A stretch of 64,000 nucleotides of DNA, from the NCBI GenBank assembly GCA_965226795.1, contig CBDDDZ010000002.1, positions 96,001 through 160,000 of the forward strand, written 5' to 3'. Below the pieces are notes generated by a model, which was given only the letters and a program-made list of their open reading frames with translations, was not told the origin of the DNA and did no database searches. This document shows, piece after piece, positions 51,281-61,800 of this stretch (position 1 is its first letter; each line of letters opens with the position of its first letter). A program made the translations under genes and the position numbers. The DNA is from Candidatus Latescibacterota bacterium. Its GTDB lineage: Bacteria; Latescibacterota; UBA2968; GCA-2709665.

Positions 51281-51688
51281 CTATTCAATTTCCCACCAGA
51301 TGGAATTCGCGACGATAGCGTTACGGACTGCCATTTTCTTGCGTCCCTTTATCAGGGAGTGGGCATCGTTTGGGCCCTGAACAGGATCCTCAATCGGATC
51401 GTATATGACTTGCTGCTTCCAGTCCGGAACTATCTGACCCTCTCGTTTGGGATTGCGAGGATTCTTGATCTCGTCACAAACCGAGATTTCAATCACTCGG
51501 TTCTTTCCTTGCGCCACGTGGAAGGATGTTGTCGGATCAGGACGGAACCTCGCCCAGTCACAGGAGAGTTCGATATCACTAAACAGTGAGCCGGGTATCC
51601 CCACCTGGTCTTTCGGAAAGGCATCGCTGCGACACCACCTATATAGTACCTCACCATTTGGAATCACACTACCTGGAGATGGAGGCAT
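51281..51688 (-). CDS. Small putative ART/RES-like fold toxin
   Basis: EVLYR...LF...LSCDW...VIYDP...PNDAHSLIKG; overlaps the upstream gene by 20 nt. Confidence 0.55.
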   Translation of the reverse strand: MPPSPGSVIPNGEVLYRWCRSDAFPKDQVGIPGSLFSDIELSCDWARFRPDPTTSFHVAQGKNRVIEISVCDEIKNPRNPKREGQIVPDWKQQVIYDPIEDPVQGPNDAHSLIKGRKKMAVRNAIVANSIWWEIE

Positions 51689-52265
51689 ATTGAGAGGGTA
51701 CCATGCCGATCAGCTCGTTTCTCGATAAGTTTACTTCGAAATAGCTGCCACCGTATAACACTTCCAGGTCTACCCGTCCATTGTTCGTTATTGTCACGTT
51801 GATTGCATTATCGTCATCCGCATGAAGTTCAACGATTATTCCTCCACTTGGGATAGGGCCCATAACTATCCTCGGAATGACGCTGACTTCTTCACTGATA
51901 ACCCACTTGCTGATGGAGACAAGCAATGCCTGTGAAAGGAAAATCGCAGAGGAGGATGGCTTGACCGCGCCTCCCGATACCCAATCTGATTCGAGATTCT
52001 GCAACCCCCCGAGATAGCTGAATCTGTTGGACACGAGAGAGGCGAAATTTCGAAGCCCAGTTTCCTTCCAGTCGCCTGACCGGCCATGACGAAGGTCATT
52101 GACATCGCCAAAAACGGAAATATCCGAAGTGCAGGGGGTGTCTACCTTCTCGCCGAAACCTGAAACAGGAGTCGCCTCCGGTGTATTAAATGCGCGCACC
52201 TCGTCATCATTAAACACTGATGGCGACTCTTTCACGTAGGGTACTCGGACTGTGTCTAGGTCCAT
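51669..52265 (-). CDS. Hypothetical protein (low-complexity N-terminus + L..W..GGA..P...GPIPSGGIIVE domain), putative antitoxin
   Basis: Overlaps both neighbours; AT-richer than the flanks. Confidence 0.6.
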   Translation of the reverse strand: MDLDTVRVPYVKESPSVFNDDEVRAFNTPEATPVSGFGEKVDTPCTSDISVFGDVNDLRHGRSGDWKETGLRNFASLVSNRFSYLGGLQNLESDWVSGGAVKPSSSAIFLSQALLVSISKWVISEEVSVIPRIVMGPIPSGGIIVELHADDDNAINVTITNNGRVDLEVLYGGSYFEVNLSRNELIGMVPSQYASISR

Positions 52266-53011
52266 TGTTCAAGAATCTCCGGTGTGAAAATCCTGCTGAA
52301 GTGATCGTACTGGACCATGTGTGCCTTGTCAAACCAGGCGTCACTCGACTGATGTGGGTTGAGACCACGAAGGATGCTCTCGATCCGAAGGACCTGCTTT
52401 CCCCTGGCGTCAGGGGCCGTGTTCACCGCAAAAATGCCGTATCCGCCCAGAGGATCATACCTGTAGGTATAGCGTGAGACCAAATTGTTAAGCCCACATG
52501 GAGTCTTGATTTCCGGCGGCTTGATGCGCATGATTTTGTGGGCATCACTCAGGCTGGCGATGTGCTCTTGCCACTCGATACGATCATGATAGCTGAGGTC
52601 GTAGTATTTGACTGAATCCGTCGTGAAATCGGCGGAAGAAAGGCTTAGTGCATCGAGGGCTACCCTGAATTTGCGATATATAGCGGTGTAACCAGGATAG
52701 TTGCCGACTGGTTCATGGTCCGGACGAATCCAGTTGAGGTAGACTTTATTCACCTGTATTTGGCACATCCAATTGTCGTCGTCGCTGCGCAGGCGAATGA
52801 GGACAGGACCCATATTCTCGGGATTTACTTCCTGAGTGATTTGGAATCCAGACATCGTTTCGTCGACAAGGGGGGGACGGATTTCCACTCTCGGGTATTC
52901 GCCCGATAGGGCTTGCTGGGCGTCAAAGAGGTCCCTTATGGTTAGGCGTTCCCCCGAAAAGGTCACGCCAAAGATAACCTCGGATACTGGTGCCTTGGGG
53001 TATCTCTTCAT
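52256..53011 (-). CDS. TIGR04255-family protein
   Basis: N-terminal YPKAPVSEVIFGVTF, QIQ..KVYLNW, YPGY, LSYHDRI, WFDKAH...F...FT; 251 aa. Confidence 0.7.
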   Translation of the reverse strand: MKRYPKAPVSEVIFGVTFSGERLTIRDLFDAQQALSGEYPRVEIRPPLVDETMSGFQITQEVNPENMGPVLIRLRSDDDNWMCQIQVNKVYLNWIRPDHEPVGNYPGYTAIYRKFRVALDALSLSSADFTTDSVKYYDLSYHDRIEWQEHIASLSDAHKIMRIKPPEIKTPCGLNNLVSRYTYRYDPLGGYGIFAVNTAPDARGKQVLRIESILRGLNPHQSSDAWFDKAHMVQYDHFSRIFTPEILEQWT

Positions 53012-53599
53012 TAGTGTGTGAACGAGATGAAGATCGTGCGATGGTTGGCGGTAAGAGCTGCATGAATCACTGGGCGATTCAGTTGAAGGTGTTACTGAGT
53101 TGCTCCAAGTCAAGATTCCTGTTCTGTACAAAACACAGATCCGACTGATAAAGTCGACTGGGGCGCTCAATCCAGTTACGAACACAGATATGCTTGGCTC
53201 CTCGCACGGAGAGATATTGTCAATTGTTGTGCTCCTACCCGTCCGACGCTAACAGGTAGGCGAAGGTTCCCCAAGTTTAGGTTTAATAAGGGCCCTTTTT
53301 GGAGTCTCTGTCAAGGCAATTTGAGCACGCCAAGTTCGGGCAAGCTATCTTACAATCGACTGCCTGAACTTCGGTTGGGCTCCCAATAGGTTTGGTTGAC
53401 GGTCGGCCCGCATCGGCGGGCAACCCATTATTCGTGGAGGCCATTCAAGGCGCACCCCTTGGTACGTCCGTCACCGGGTGCCATCCAGAAGAAACTCGGG
53501 CGGCGCACTCGGCGGGGTCCTCGGCGAGAGCTCTGACCCCTCCAGATAGCGTCGGATCGAGGCCGGATCGGTCAGGCCGGCGATGATTCTCAGGCAACC

Positions 53600-54724
53600 C
53601 TAATACTCGAGGATATCAACCTTCTGGCGAAACGCTGCCAGGTCAAGGTCCCCTCGGCTGTACGCATCCACATTCTTCTTCTTAACCGTCAGCAAAAGCC
53701 CCCGCGCTCCGGACGATCTCCTCCCCGGTCTCCGCGGAAAGCGCACCTCCACCACGATGTATTCCTCCGGCTTGAGGGTGCGCAGGGAATAACCGTAGTC
53801 TCCCACGACCTCAATCAACTCTTCCTTGAACCGCTCCTCTAAAGGATTTCCCGCCTTGACTGCTCTGCCCGCTCGAATGCGAAAGGGTGCAGTCTTGGGA
53901 GTCTTCCTTAATTTCAAACGATAGGCTGTACGGTACCCGCTTTTCGCGTTCACAAAGAAGAGCGCACCTAATCCTTTCTGGTATATGCCCAGGGTCTTGT
54001 TGTAATTCGAGACAGGATGTTCGGGCTGCTTCAGCGCCTTGTCCAGGATGGTGGCCATGACACCGATCTTTTTCATCATGGACGCATCCGGCTTGTGCTC
54101 ACGAGAGACGATCCGCTTCCGAAATTCCGCCTCGGCGATGCGCTCGCGGCGGTATGCCACGATGTCACTTTTTTTGGCCGTCGCCTCTGAGTAGACCGGT
54201 TCCGACAACTCGGCCTGGAGTCGTTTGTCTGGGACCGCTATCTGGGCGCGGGAACGAGGTTGTTGATGGACCAGGATCGTGATTCGGTCTTCGTCCATTA
54301 ACTGGCGGATCCCATCCGCGTACGTTCCCAGGAACTCCACCAGCCGTTCCTGGACGCCAACGCGCTTTTTTTTTCGCTGCTCCGACACTTCCTTCAGGAA
54401 ATCCTCCTCTTCAAGCTCTTCGGTTACGCCTGCGGGCTTTTCACGTAATCTCCTCACGTCGACATCTACGACCATTCCTGACGAGCGTTTTTCTTCAATA
54501 TGAAATATCACTCCGTAGTTTTCGAAGTACAGTCCCCGTATCTGTGGTTCTCGGTGGATACCGGCCAGGTTGGACGTGGTCTGAGCGTGGAGGCTTTGCA
54601 AGATGCCTTCCATGATTTCCAGGTCCTGCTGCATTCGCTCCCGGTCAATTCCGCCCTCGCTGGCAGAAGCCATATTGAAAATGCAGAAGGCCGTTACAAC
54701 GGCGAAAATGTGATGGGCTTTCAT
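53600..54724 (-). CDS. Exported hypothetical protein with internal duplication (ECF operon member)
   Basis: Signal peptide; two related halves (GLYFENYGVIF / GIYQKGLGALF; LGTYADGIRQL / VGDYGYSLRTL). Confidence 0.7.
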   Translation of the reverse strand: MKAHHIFAVVTAFCIFNMASASEGGIDRERMQQDLEIMEGILQSLHAQTTSNLAGIHREPQIRGLYFENYGVIFHIEEKRSSGMVVDVDVRRLREKPAGVTEELEEEDFLKEVSEQRKKKRVGVQERLVEFLGTYADGIRQLMDEDRITILVHQQPRSRAQIAVPDKRLQAELSEPVYSEATAKKSDIVAYRRERIAEAEFRKRIVSREHKPDASMMKKIGVMATILDKALKQPEHPVSNYNKTLGIYQKGLGALFFVNAKSGYRTAYRLKLRKTPKTAPFRIRAGRAVKAGNPLEERFKEELIEVVGDYGYSLRTLKPEEYIVVEVRFPRRPGRRSSGARGLLLTVKKKNVDAYSRGDLDLAAFRQKVDILEY

Positions 54725-54745
54725 TGTTTATTCTCCCTCTGTAAA

Positions 54746-55456
54746 TCAATCAGCGGTGGAACGTGTGTTCGGATCCGCCTGCGCGTATGTCACCGCCAAC
54801 AGGTGATGCAAAAGGTCTTCGGTCCGCATAAAGCGGCTCTCCGTCGTTCCCTCGATTTCCTGCAGGCCCTGGCCTACCAGCAGCAGATCCCGACGACGCT
54901 GGGATTCCAGATCCAGGGCGAACTGGTCCAGGATGAGACCGAGTTCCAGGCGTTGCTGTTGGTGTCCCTCGTCGATCAGTTCCTGGATCATAGCAAGTGA
55001 CCGCCGTTGCACCTGGATCAACTCTGCCCGTGTGAGCGGCGCCTCGACAACCGCTGTCGCCGGGTCGGGAACTGTCACCCAAGGCAGCCGCAGCTTCACG
55101 TGGATCCGCCCCCGCCCGTCGTAGTCCGCCTCGAAGTTCGATAGGGCCATGACCAGCACGACTCCGGCCAGCGCTAACGACAGGCCCGGCGCATACCAGC
55201 GCAGGGTGCGGCTGGATCGCCAGTCGGGTATGATGCCTTTCCACCACGGGAGTTTCTCCGGCGCGAAGACCAGGCTCGCGGGTGGATCCTCTTCCCTCCA
55301 GGCACGCATCAGACTTCTGGCCCGCCCCAATTTCTCCAGCGCCAGAGTACACGAAGGACAGGTCCCGATGTGGGATTCGATTCCGGCCTTCTTCCCGGCA
55401 TCGACTTCGTCGTATAGAAAGCCGATGAGTTCTTCTCTGGGCAGATCACATTTCAT
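54746..55456 (-). CDS. Zinc-finger (zf-HC2) membrane anti-sigma factor
   Basis: HIGTCPSC HxxxCxxC motif, single TM; overlaps the sigma gene. Confidence 0.85.
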   Translation of the reverse strand: MKCDLPREELIGFLYDEVDAGKKAGIESHIGTCPSCTLALEKLGRARSLMRAWREEDPPASLVFAPEKLPWWKGIIPDWRSSRTLRWYAPGLSLALAGVVLVMALSNFEADYDGRGRIHVKLRLPWVTVPDPATAVVEAPLTRAELIQVQRRSLAMIQELIDEGHQQQRLELGLILDQFALDLESQRRRDLLLVGQGLQEIEGTTESRFMRTEDLLHHLLAVTYAQADPNTRSTAD

Positions 55457-56036
55457 AGTCGATCGTCTCCGGGGTGATGTTCCATTGATCCAATAGCTTT
55501 CTGAGATTATCCAGGCCATTATAAAGCCGGGACTTAACCGTGTTGACCGGCAGCTTCATGATGGCGGCGATTTCAGTGAATTTCAGATGCTGGTATTCCT
55601 TCATCACCACAATAATCCGTTGTTCCTGGGGAATACACTGCAACGCCCGGTTGAGAAGATCGCGAAGTTCGCGCTCGTAAATCCTCTTATCTGCTCGTGC
55701 CGAAGCTTTTACCGTCCCGTCTGGCCGCCCATCGGTTCCTTGTTCCAGGCTTTCCAGCGAGATCGTGGGATGACGCCTCCTCCTCCTCAACTCGTCCCGA
55801 CACGTATTGACCGCGATCTGGTAGATCCAGGTGGAGAACTTTTCGGGATCCCGCAGCCGGCGAAGACTGCGGTGGGCCTTGATCAGGACCTTCTGGCACA
55901 GGTCATGCGCTTCCTCGCGGTCTCCGACCTGTCGCAGGATGAAGTTGTATAGCCTGCGATGCCAGCGCCCTGCCAGACCATTGAAGGCATGCGACTCTCC
56001 GTCGCGGAAACGCCTGATCAACTCGGCGTCCGTCAT
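55446..56036 (-). CDS. ECF RNA polymerase sigma factor
   Basis: FSTWIYQIAVNTCRD, EIAAIMKLPVNTVKSRL; GGAGG RBS. Confidence 0.92.
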   Translation of the reverse strand: MTDAELIRRFRDGESHAFNGLAGRWHRRLYNFILRQVGDREEAHDLCQKVLIKAHRSLRRLRDPEKFSTWIYQIAVNTCRDELRRRRRHPTISLESLEQGTDGRPDGTVKASARADKRIYERELRDLLNRALQCIPQEQRIIVVMKEYQHLKFTEIAAIMKLPVNTVKSRLYNGLDNLRKLLDQWNITPETIDYEM

Positions 56037-56083
56037 CTGTCCTCCGGTGCAAATAATCGGGGATTTCTTAACGCGTCTGCTTG

Positions 56084-56111
56084 TAAGACGACGAAATTGA
56101 CTGAAAAGTTC
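56084..56111 (-). promoter_or_regulatory. Putative ECF (sigmaE-type) autoregulatory promoter
   Basis: Minus strand GAACTT-N16-GTCTTA about 50 nt upstream of the sigma ATG. Confidence 0.55.
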
Positions 56112-56477
56112 TACGGCGTCGCAGAAGGCTGTTTTTTTTTGTGCCAGCGTGAGGTCAGGTGGCAGAATAACGAAATCCGCGGAGCTGTGCGGATCACGGG
56201 TATGTGTCAGGATACCGATTGACATTATAAGGGATTTTAATCATGGTTGGGGCGGAGGTCGCATGTGGCACATGGGTCCCGCATGTTTTCGATCTGTAGG
56301 GGAATCCGAAAGGCTGGCGGCAAGGTCGTGGTTAACCTTCCAGGCCTGGAGACGTTCTTACTGCCGTGAGGCAGCATTGTGAAGTGACTATACACGCAGC
56401 TAAACGTCAGGGCGAGTCGCCAGGGCGCCTCTTCGCGTCACGATTTCCGGGAAAAGTATGATAACAGGAGAGTATGG

Positions 56478-57257
56478 ATGAAATCGAAATTACAGCGGGA
56501 ATACGATGAAATGGGCTTCTGTATCGACCACGGTGCCATTGACGGGGGTCTGGCGGCCGAAACGGTCGAGCACGTGCAATGGCTGGTCAAAAAACATCCG
56601 GACACGCGCCCCGAGCGATTGCATCACCAACTCCTTGTGAACGATCCCTTCATGCACCGCCTGGTCTGCGATGATCGCCTGGTGGACATCGCGGCACAGT
56701 TCATCGGCCCCAACGTGGCCATGTTCGGGGCGCACTATATCGCCAAGAAGCCCGAGACCGGGCAGGCCGTGCGGTGGCACCAGGATGGATCCTATTGGCC
56801 CCTGGAGCCGATGGAGGTCACGACGCTGTGGGTCGCGGGTAACGACTCCACCGTGGAGAATGGATGTATGCGCGTCGTGCCGGGGACGCACACCCGACGA
56901 CTGTTGAAGCGCTCCGAGATGGTGGACCTGGATCCGGACAAGTACGTCCTCGGCATCGGGATGCGTCCCGATCAGATTGCCGAGGTCGACGCCTTCGACG
57001 TGGAACTCGAGGCGGGGGATATCTCCATCCATCATCCCAATATCATCCACGGCTCCAACAGCAATACGTCCGATCAGTGGCGGGTGGGGCTCACCCTTCG
57101 CTATATTCCCACCAGCACCCGGGTGACGCGAGACGGGCATCCGTCCATCCTGTGCCGGGGGGCGGTGATCCCCGAGGTGGAAAACCTGTACGCGCCCCGT
57201 CCGAAGTACGTCGAAGGAAAACACATGGCGTTCGCCGGGTGCGAGGCATGGGCTTAG
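56478..57257 (+). CDS. PhyH-family Fe(II)/2OG dioxygenase
   Basis: WHQDGSYWP, NGCMRVVPGTH, IIHGSNSN...R. Confidence 0.9.
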   Translation: MKSKLQREYDEMGFCIDHGAIDGGLAAETVEHVQWLVKKHPDTRPERLHHQLLVNDPFMHRLVCDDRLVDIAAQFIGPNVAMFGAHYIAKKPETGQAVRWHQDGSYWPLEPMEVTTLWVAGNDSTVENGCMRVVPGTHTRRLLKRSEMVDLDPDKYVLGIGMRPDQIAEVDAFDVELEAGDISIHHPNIIHGSNSNTSDQWRVGLTLRYIPTSTRVTRDGHPSILCRGAVIPEVENLYAPRPKYVEGKHMAFAGCEAWA

Positions 57258-57350
57258 CCGGTCGGTTGTGTTGTTGTGCGAATCCGTAGGCGGGCTTGTG
57301 CGGCAATCCGGAAGATTGGGAATGGAGCGGCCGCCGTGAGCGCCGTTCCT

Positions 57351-58755
57351 GGGACCGAGGGCATCCTGCCCTCGACGGCTAATGGGCGAGGTCCTTGCGC
57401 CGTCATTTCTGTCCACCCTTTTTGACTCCACAAGCGACAACTGGTGCATAACGACGCGATCGGTGGCCATTAGCGCGCCGTCCGCGCAGCTAGGGAGTAT
57501 TTCGACGGGAGCCCGTGAATTCCTCTTAGGATGGGAGTGCACGTGGAGTTCGCTCCGTGCCAAATCAGCGCACTCACCACCTTCTCCGAACTGGTGGTGT
57601 CAGTAATTGTACGGGCCATGCGTGATTAAATAGGGCCAACGGCGTCCTGCCGTCGTCGAGCACAGGATGCTCGAGATCCGGATATTAGCAGGTCACGTTC
57701 TGTTCGAGGGCAGGATGCCCTCGGTCCCAGGGTTCGGACGCCCGGTGTGACGACCCCTTCTCCGATCTGGTGTCAGATGTAATGGAACGCGTCAAATACG
57801 GTAATTCAGGTTCGATGAAGCCCAGTTCAATTCGAGGGCAGGATGCCCTCGGTCCGGGAGTCAGCGGGTCAGGTCTTAATCGAGGGCGAGATGCCCTCGA
57901 CCCCAGGGTTCCCGCGTCAGGTGTGGCACCGGCAAGCCGATATCACCGCACCCACCTTCCGCATTTTGAGGCCGGAGAAGTCCCCCAACACATCTGTTTC
58001 AGACTGGCGGACAGCCTGCCGCAGAACCTGCTCCAACAATGGGAGCGCGAATTGGAGGGACTCCCGGAGGCGGAACGCCGAATACACCGCCGGATCGAGG
58101 ATGCACTTGATCTGGGCCATGGTGCCTGCTGGTTGCGCCGCCCCGAGATCGCCGCCCTGGTACGCGATTCCCTGCAGTACTTTGATGGAAACCTGTATCG
58201 TCTGCATGCGTGGGTCGTTATGCCCAATCATGTCCATGTACTGGTCACACCACTGGGCGATCGCTCCTTGTCAGGCATTGTACACTCCTGGAAATCTTAC
58301 ACGGCCACCCAGGCGAACAAAATGTTGGAGCGAAATGGAAAGTTCTGGTACGAGGACTACTTCGACCGGTTCGTGCGCGACGAAGATCACTTCGCAGCGA
58401 TTGTAAATTACATCCATTTGAACCCGGTCAAGGCGGGGTTGTGCGCCAATCCGGAAGATTGGGAATGGAGCTGTTGTCACAATCGCCGTTCCCGGGATCG
58501 AGGGCATCCTGCCCTCGACGGGTAATGCGCGAGGCCTTGTTTCGTCATTTCTGGCCACACTCATTGATTCCGCTAGCGCCAGCGGGCAAAATCCATTGGT
58601 AACGGAGGCGATGCGGTATACCCCGTGCTGGCCACAGGCGGGTCGCCTGTACGCACGGAGAGTTCATCCGTCATGGAAAGGATAACGTTCGAACAGATGG
58701 GAATGGCGTAGTAGTTGCAAATGTCGTTCCCGGGACCGAGGGCATCCTGCCCTCG
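57351..58755. repeat. REP cluster (GGGACCGAGGGCATCCTGCCCTCG) flanking the RAYT
   Basis: Copies at 57351, 57705(rc), 57833(rc), 57881(rc), 58494, 58732; hairpin CGAGGGC-N5-GCCCTCG. Confidence 0.85.
57770..58525 (+). CDS. REP-associated tyrosine transposase (RAYT, Y1 HuH); true start possibly GTG 57923
   Basis: LPHF, FRLADSLP, WVVMPNHVH, HSWKSYTA, YFDRFVRD, YIHLNPVKAGL...WEWS. Confidence 0.88.
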   Translation: MSDVMERVKYGNSGSMKPSSIRGQDALGPGVSGSGLNRGRDALDPRVPASGVAPASRYHRTHLPHFEAGEVPQHICFRLADSLPQNLLQQWERELEGLPEAERRIHRRIEDALDLGHGACWLRRPEIAALVRDSLQYFDGNLYRLHAWVVMPNHVHVLVTPLGDRSLSGIVHSWKSYTATQANKMLERNGKFWYEDYFDRFVRDEDHFAAIVNYIHLNPVKAGLCANPEDWEWSCCHNRRSRDRGHPALDG

Positions 58756-58865
58756 GCACACATGGCGCGAGGCCTTGGCGTTATGGCGTCGCGCAGTAGC
58801 CTGTGCAATCCAGCGAAACTGACGGGTAGTACCATTCTTCGTCCTAATCACGAAACAAATATCCA

Positions 58866-61800
58866 ATGAAACTCGAAGATCTCCAACCCGACGCGTCGGT
58901 CCGTGGCATCGTTCCTGACGGTGTCGTGACCGTTGTGAACGTGCAATGGCACGGTTCCGGTGCGCTTACCCTGATCTACCGCCCGGCCTCCGGACGGGTC
59001 GCCGAGGAGATTCTCTACCGGCACGACGAGGCGCGCCTCGAAATCGTCGAGCAGGGCCGCCCCTGGAGTTTCGACGGCGACGGCGCGTTGTTCCGTCTCG
59101 TGTCGGAGGCCTACCGCATCCGTCTGGCCCATCTATTCGATCCCGTCCTTGCCGTACACACCTCGCTTGTTGAACCGCTCCCCCACCAGATCACGGCGGT
59201 GTATGAAGCGATGCTGCCCCGCCAGCCACTTCGCTTCCTGCTGGCGGACGACCCCGGCGCTGGCAAGACCATCATGGCAGGATTGTTGATGAAGGAACTC
59301 GTCGCCCGCGGCGACCTCAGGCGATGCCTGGTGGTATGTCCCGGCAGCCTCGCCGAGCAATGGCAGGATGAACTCTACAGGCGTTTCCACCTCCCTTTCG
59401 AGATACTGACGAACGACAAACTCGACGCCGCCCGTACGGGCAATTGGTTCCTCGAAAACGATCTCGCCATCGCACGGTTGGACAAACTCGCCCGCAACGA
59501 GGACCTCCAGGCCAAACTGAGCGCTCCGGACTGCCGCTACGATATGGTGGTCTGCGACGAAGCGCACAAAATGTCGGCGACCTTCTTCGGCGGCGAGGTG
59601 AGATACACCAAACGCTACCGCTTAGGGCAGCTCCTTTCCAATCTCACCCGTCACTTTCTGCTGATGACGGCGACCCCGCACAACGGCAAGGAGGCGGATT
59701 TTCAACTCTTCCTCGCCCTGCTGGACGGCGACCGTTTCGAGGGTCGATTCCGGGATGGCGTGCACCAGGTGGACGTTTCCGATCTCATGCGCCGCATGGT
59801 AAAGGAGAACCTGCTCAGATTCGACGGCCGACCGCTGTTCCCGGAGCGCATTGCGTATTCGGTACCCTACAAACTCACCGACGCCGAAGCCCGGCTGTAC
59901 AGGGAAGTCACGGACTACGTCCGCGAAGAGTTCAATCGCGCCGAGGCGCTGCAAAGCGACACCCGCGCGGGTACCGTCGGCTTTGCGCTCACCATCCTGC
60001 AACGCCGTCTCGCGTCATCACCCGAGGCGATCCACCAGTCGCTGAGGCGGCGGCGCGAGCGCCTGGAAAGCCGCCTACGCGAACTGAGCCTGCAGCAACG
60101 CGGCGCCAGGCAACCGGAAACGATCCCGCAGACCGGTCCATTATTCGATGCCGAGGACGTGGAGGACCTGGACGATGCCCCTTACGAGGAGGTCGAAGCC
60201 GCAGAGGCCGCGGTGCTGGATGAGGCAACAGCGGCCAGTACGATCGCCGAACTCAATGCGGAGATTGCTTCACTCAAATGGCTTGAGGGCCTTGCCGCGG
60301 AGATTCTAAAGAGCGGCGAAGACACGAAGTGGCGCGAACTCTCGAACCTGCTGGCAGAAATCTTTACGCCAGCCGGCCTGGGCGCCAGGGGTGGCGAAAA
60401 GGGCGAACCCTACGGCAGCGGCGCCATCCCGCCGCCCGTCCCGTCACCCAGCCAGAAGCTGGTCCTTTTCACCGAGCACAGGGACACCCTCAACTACCTC
60501 CAACGGCGTATCGCAACGCTGCTCGGCCGGCCCTCTGGCATCGTCACCATTCACGGTAGCATGGGGCGGGAGGATCGCCGCAAGGCCCAGGAGTCGTTCC
60601 TCCACGATCCGCTGGTGCAGGTGCTGCTCGCTACTGACGCGGCCGGGGAGGGCATCAACCTCCAGCGGGCCCATCTGATGGTGAACTACGACCTGCCGTG
60701 GAACCCGAACCGCATCGAACAGCGCTTCGGGCGCATCCACCGCATCGGCCAGACCGAGGTGTGTCATCTGTGGAACCTGGTAGCGGAAGAGACCCGGGAA
60801 GGCGACGTGTACCGGACCCTGTTGGACAAACTGGAGCAGGCCCGAAGCGCCCTCGGCGGCCAGGTCTTCGACGTGCTCGGCAGGCTTCAGTTCGATGGCC
60901 GCCCGCTCCGCGATCTGCTAATCGAGGCGATCCGTTACGGCGAGCAGCCCGAAGTGCGCGCACGACTATCCGAGGCGGTAAGCGAAGCCGTGGACCAGCC
61001 GCACCTGCAGTCCCTGATCGAGGAACAGGCCCTCGCGCAAGATGCGATGGATTCCACTCGTGTCGCACGAGTACGGGAGGAAATGGAGCGCGCCGAAGCC
61101 CGGCGATTGCAGCCGCACTATATCGAGTCGTTCTTCCTCGAAGCGTTCCGTCGCCTGGGGGGTTCGGTGCGGCGGCGCGAAACGGGCAGATACGAAATAA
61201 CGCACGTTCCGGCGCCTGTGCGCAACCGCGACAGGCAGATAGGCGTAGGCGAACCGGTTCTTGCGCGCTATGAACGCATTGCGTTCGACAAGGCATACCT
61301 GGCCCCGCACGGGCAAACGCCCGCGGCCTTCGTGTGTCCGGGACACGCCTTGCTCGACGCCGTTCTCGACCTCACATTGGAACGCCACCGCGACCTCCTG
61401 CAACGTGGCGCCGTGCTCGTGGACGAGCGGGACCCGGGCCTGGAAACGCGCGTGATCTTCTCGCTGGAGCATGCTATTAAGGACGGAAGTGTTTTGGCCA
61501 GTGGCGAGGGCCGTGTCATCTCACGCCGGACGCTTTATGTTGAGATCGATGCAGCCGGCGTGAAGCGCCGTCTCGACTACGCGCCGTACCTTGACTACCG
61601 GCCGCTGGCGGATCACGAACCCAAAGTGGCCGACATCCTTGACCGGCCGGAGTGCGGATGGATCACCCGAAAACTGGAGCAGCAGGCGCGGGAGGAGGCC
61701 ATTGCCAACATCGTGCCGGAACACCTTGGAGAGGTTCGCGACCGGCGCCTTGCTCTGGTTGCGAAAACCCGTGCCGCGGTTAAGGAGCGCCTGACCAAGG

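Noticed and set aside
53332..53371. Inverted repeat AAGTTCGGGCA...TGCCTGAACTT upstream of the TIGR04255 triad
   Set aside because: Single short imperfect repeat; could be an operator or island boundary but nothing else supports it
57351..58755. Possible CRISPR array (24-nt palindromic repeats)
   Set aside because: Irregular spacing, mixed orientation and no cas genes; the adjacent RAYT explains them as REPs
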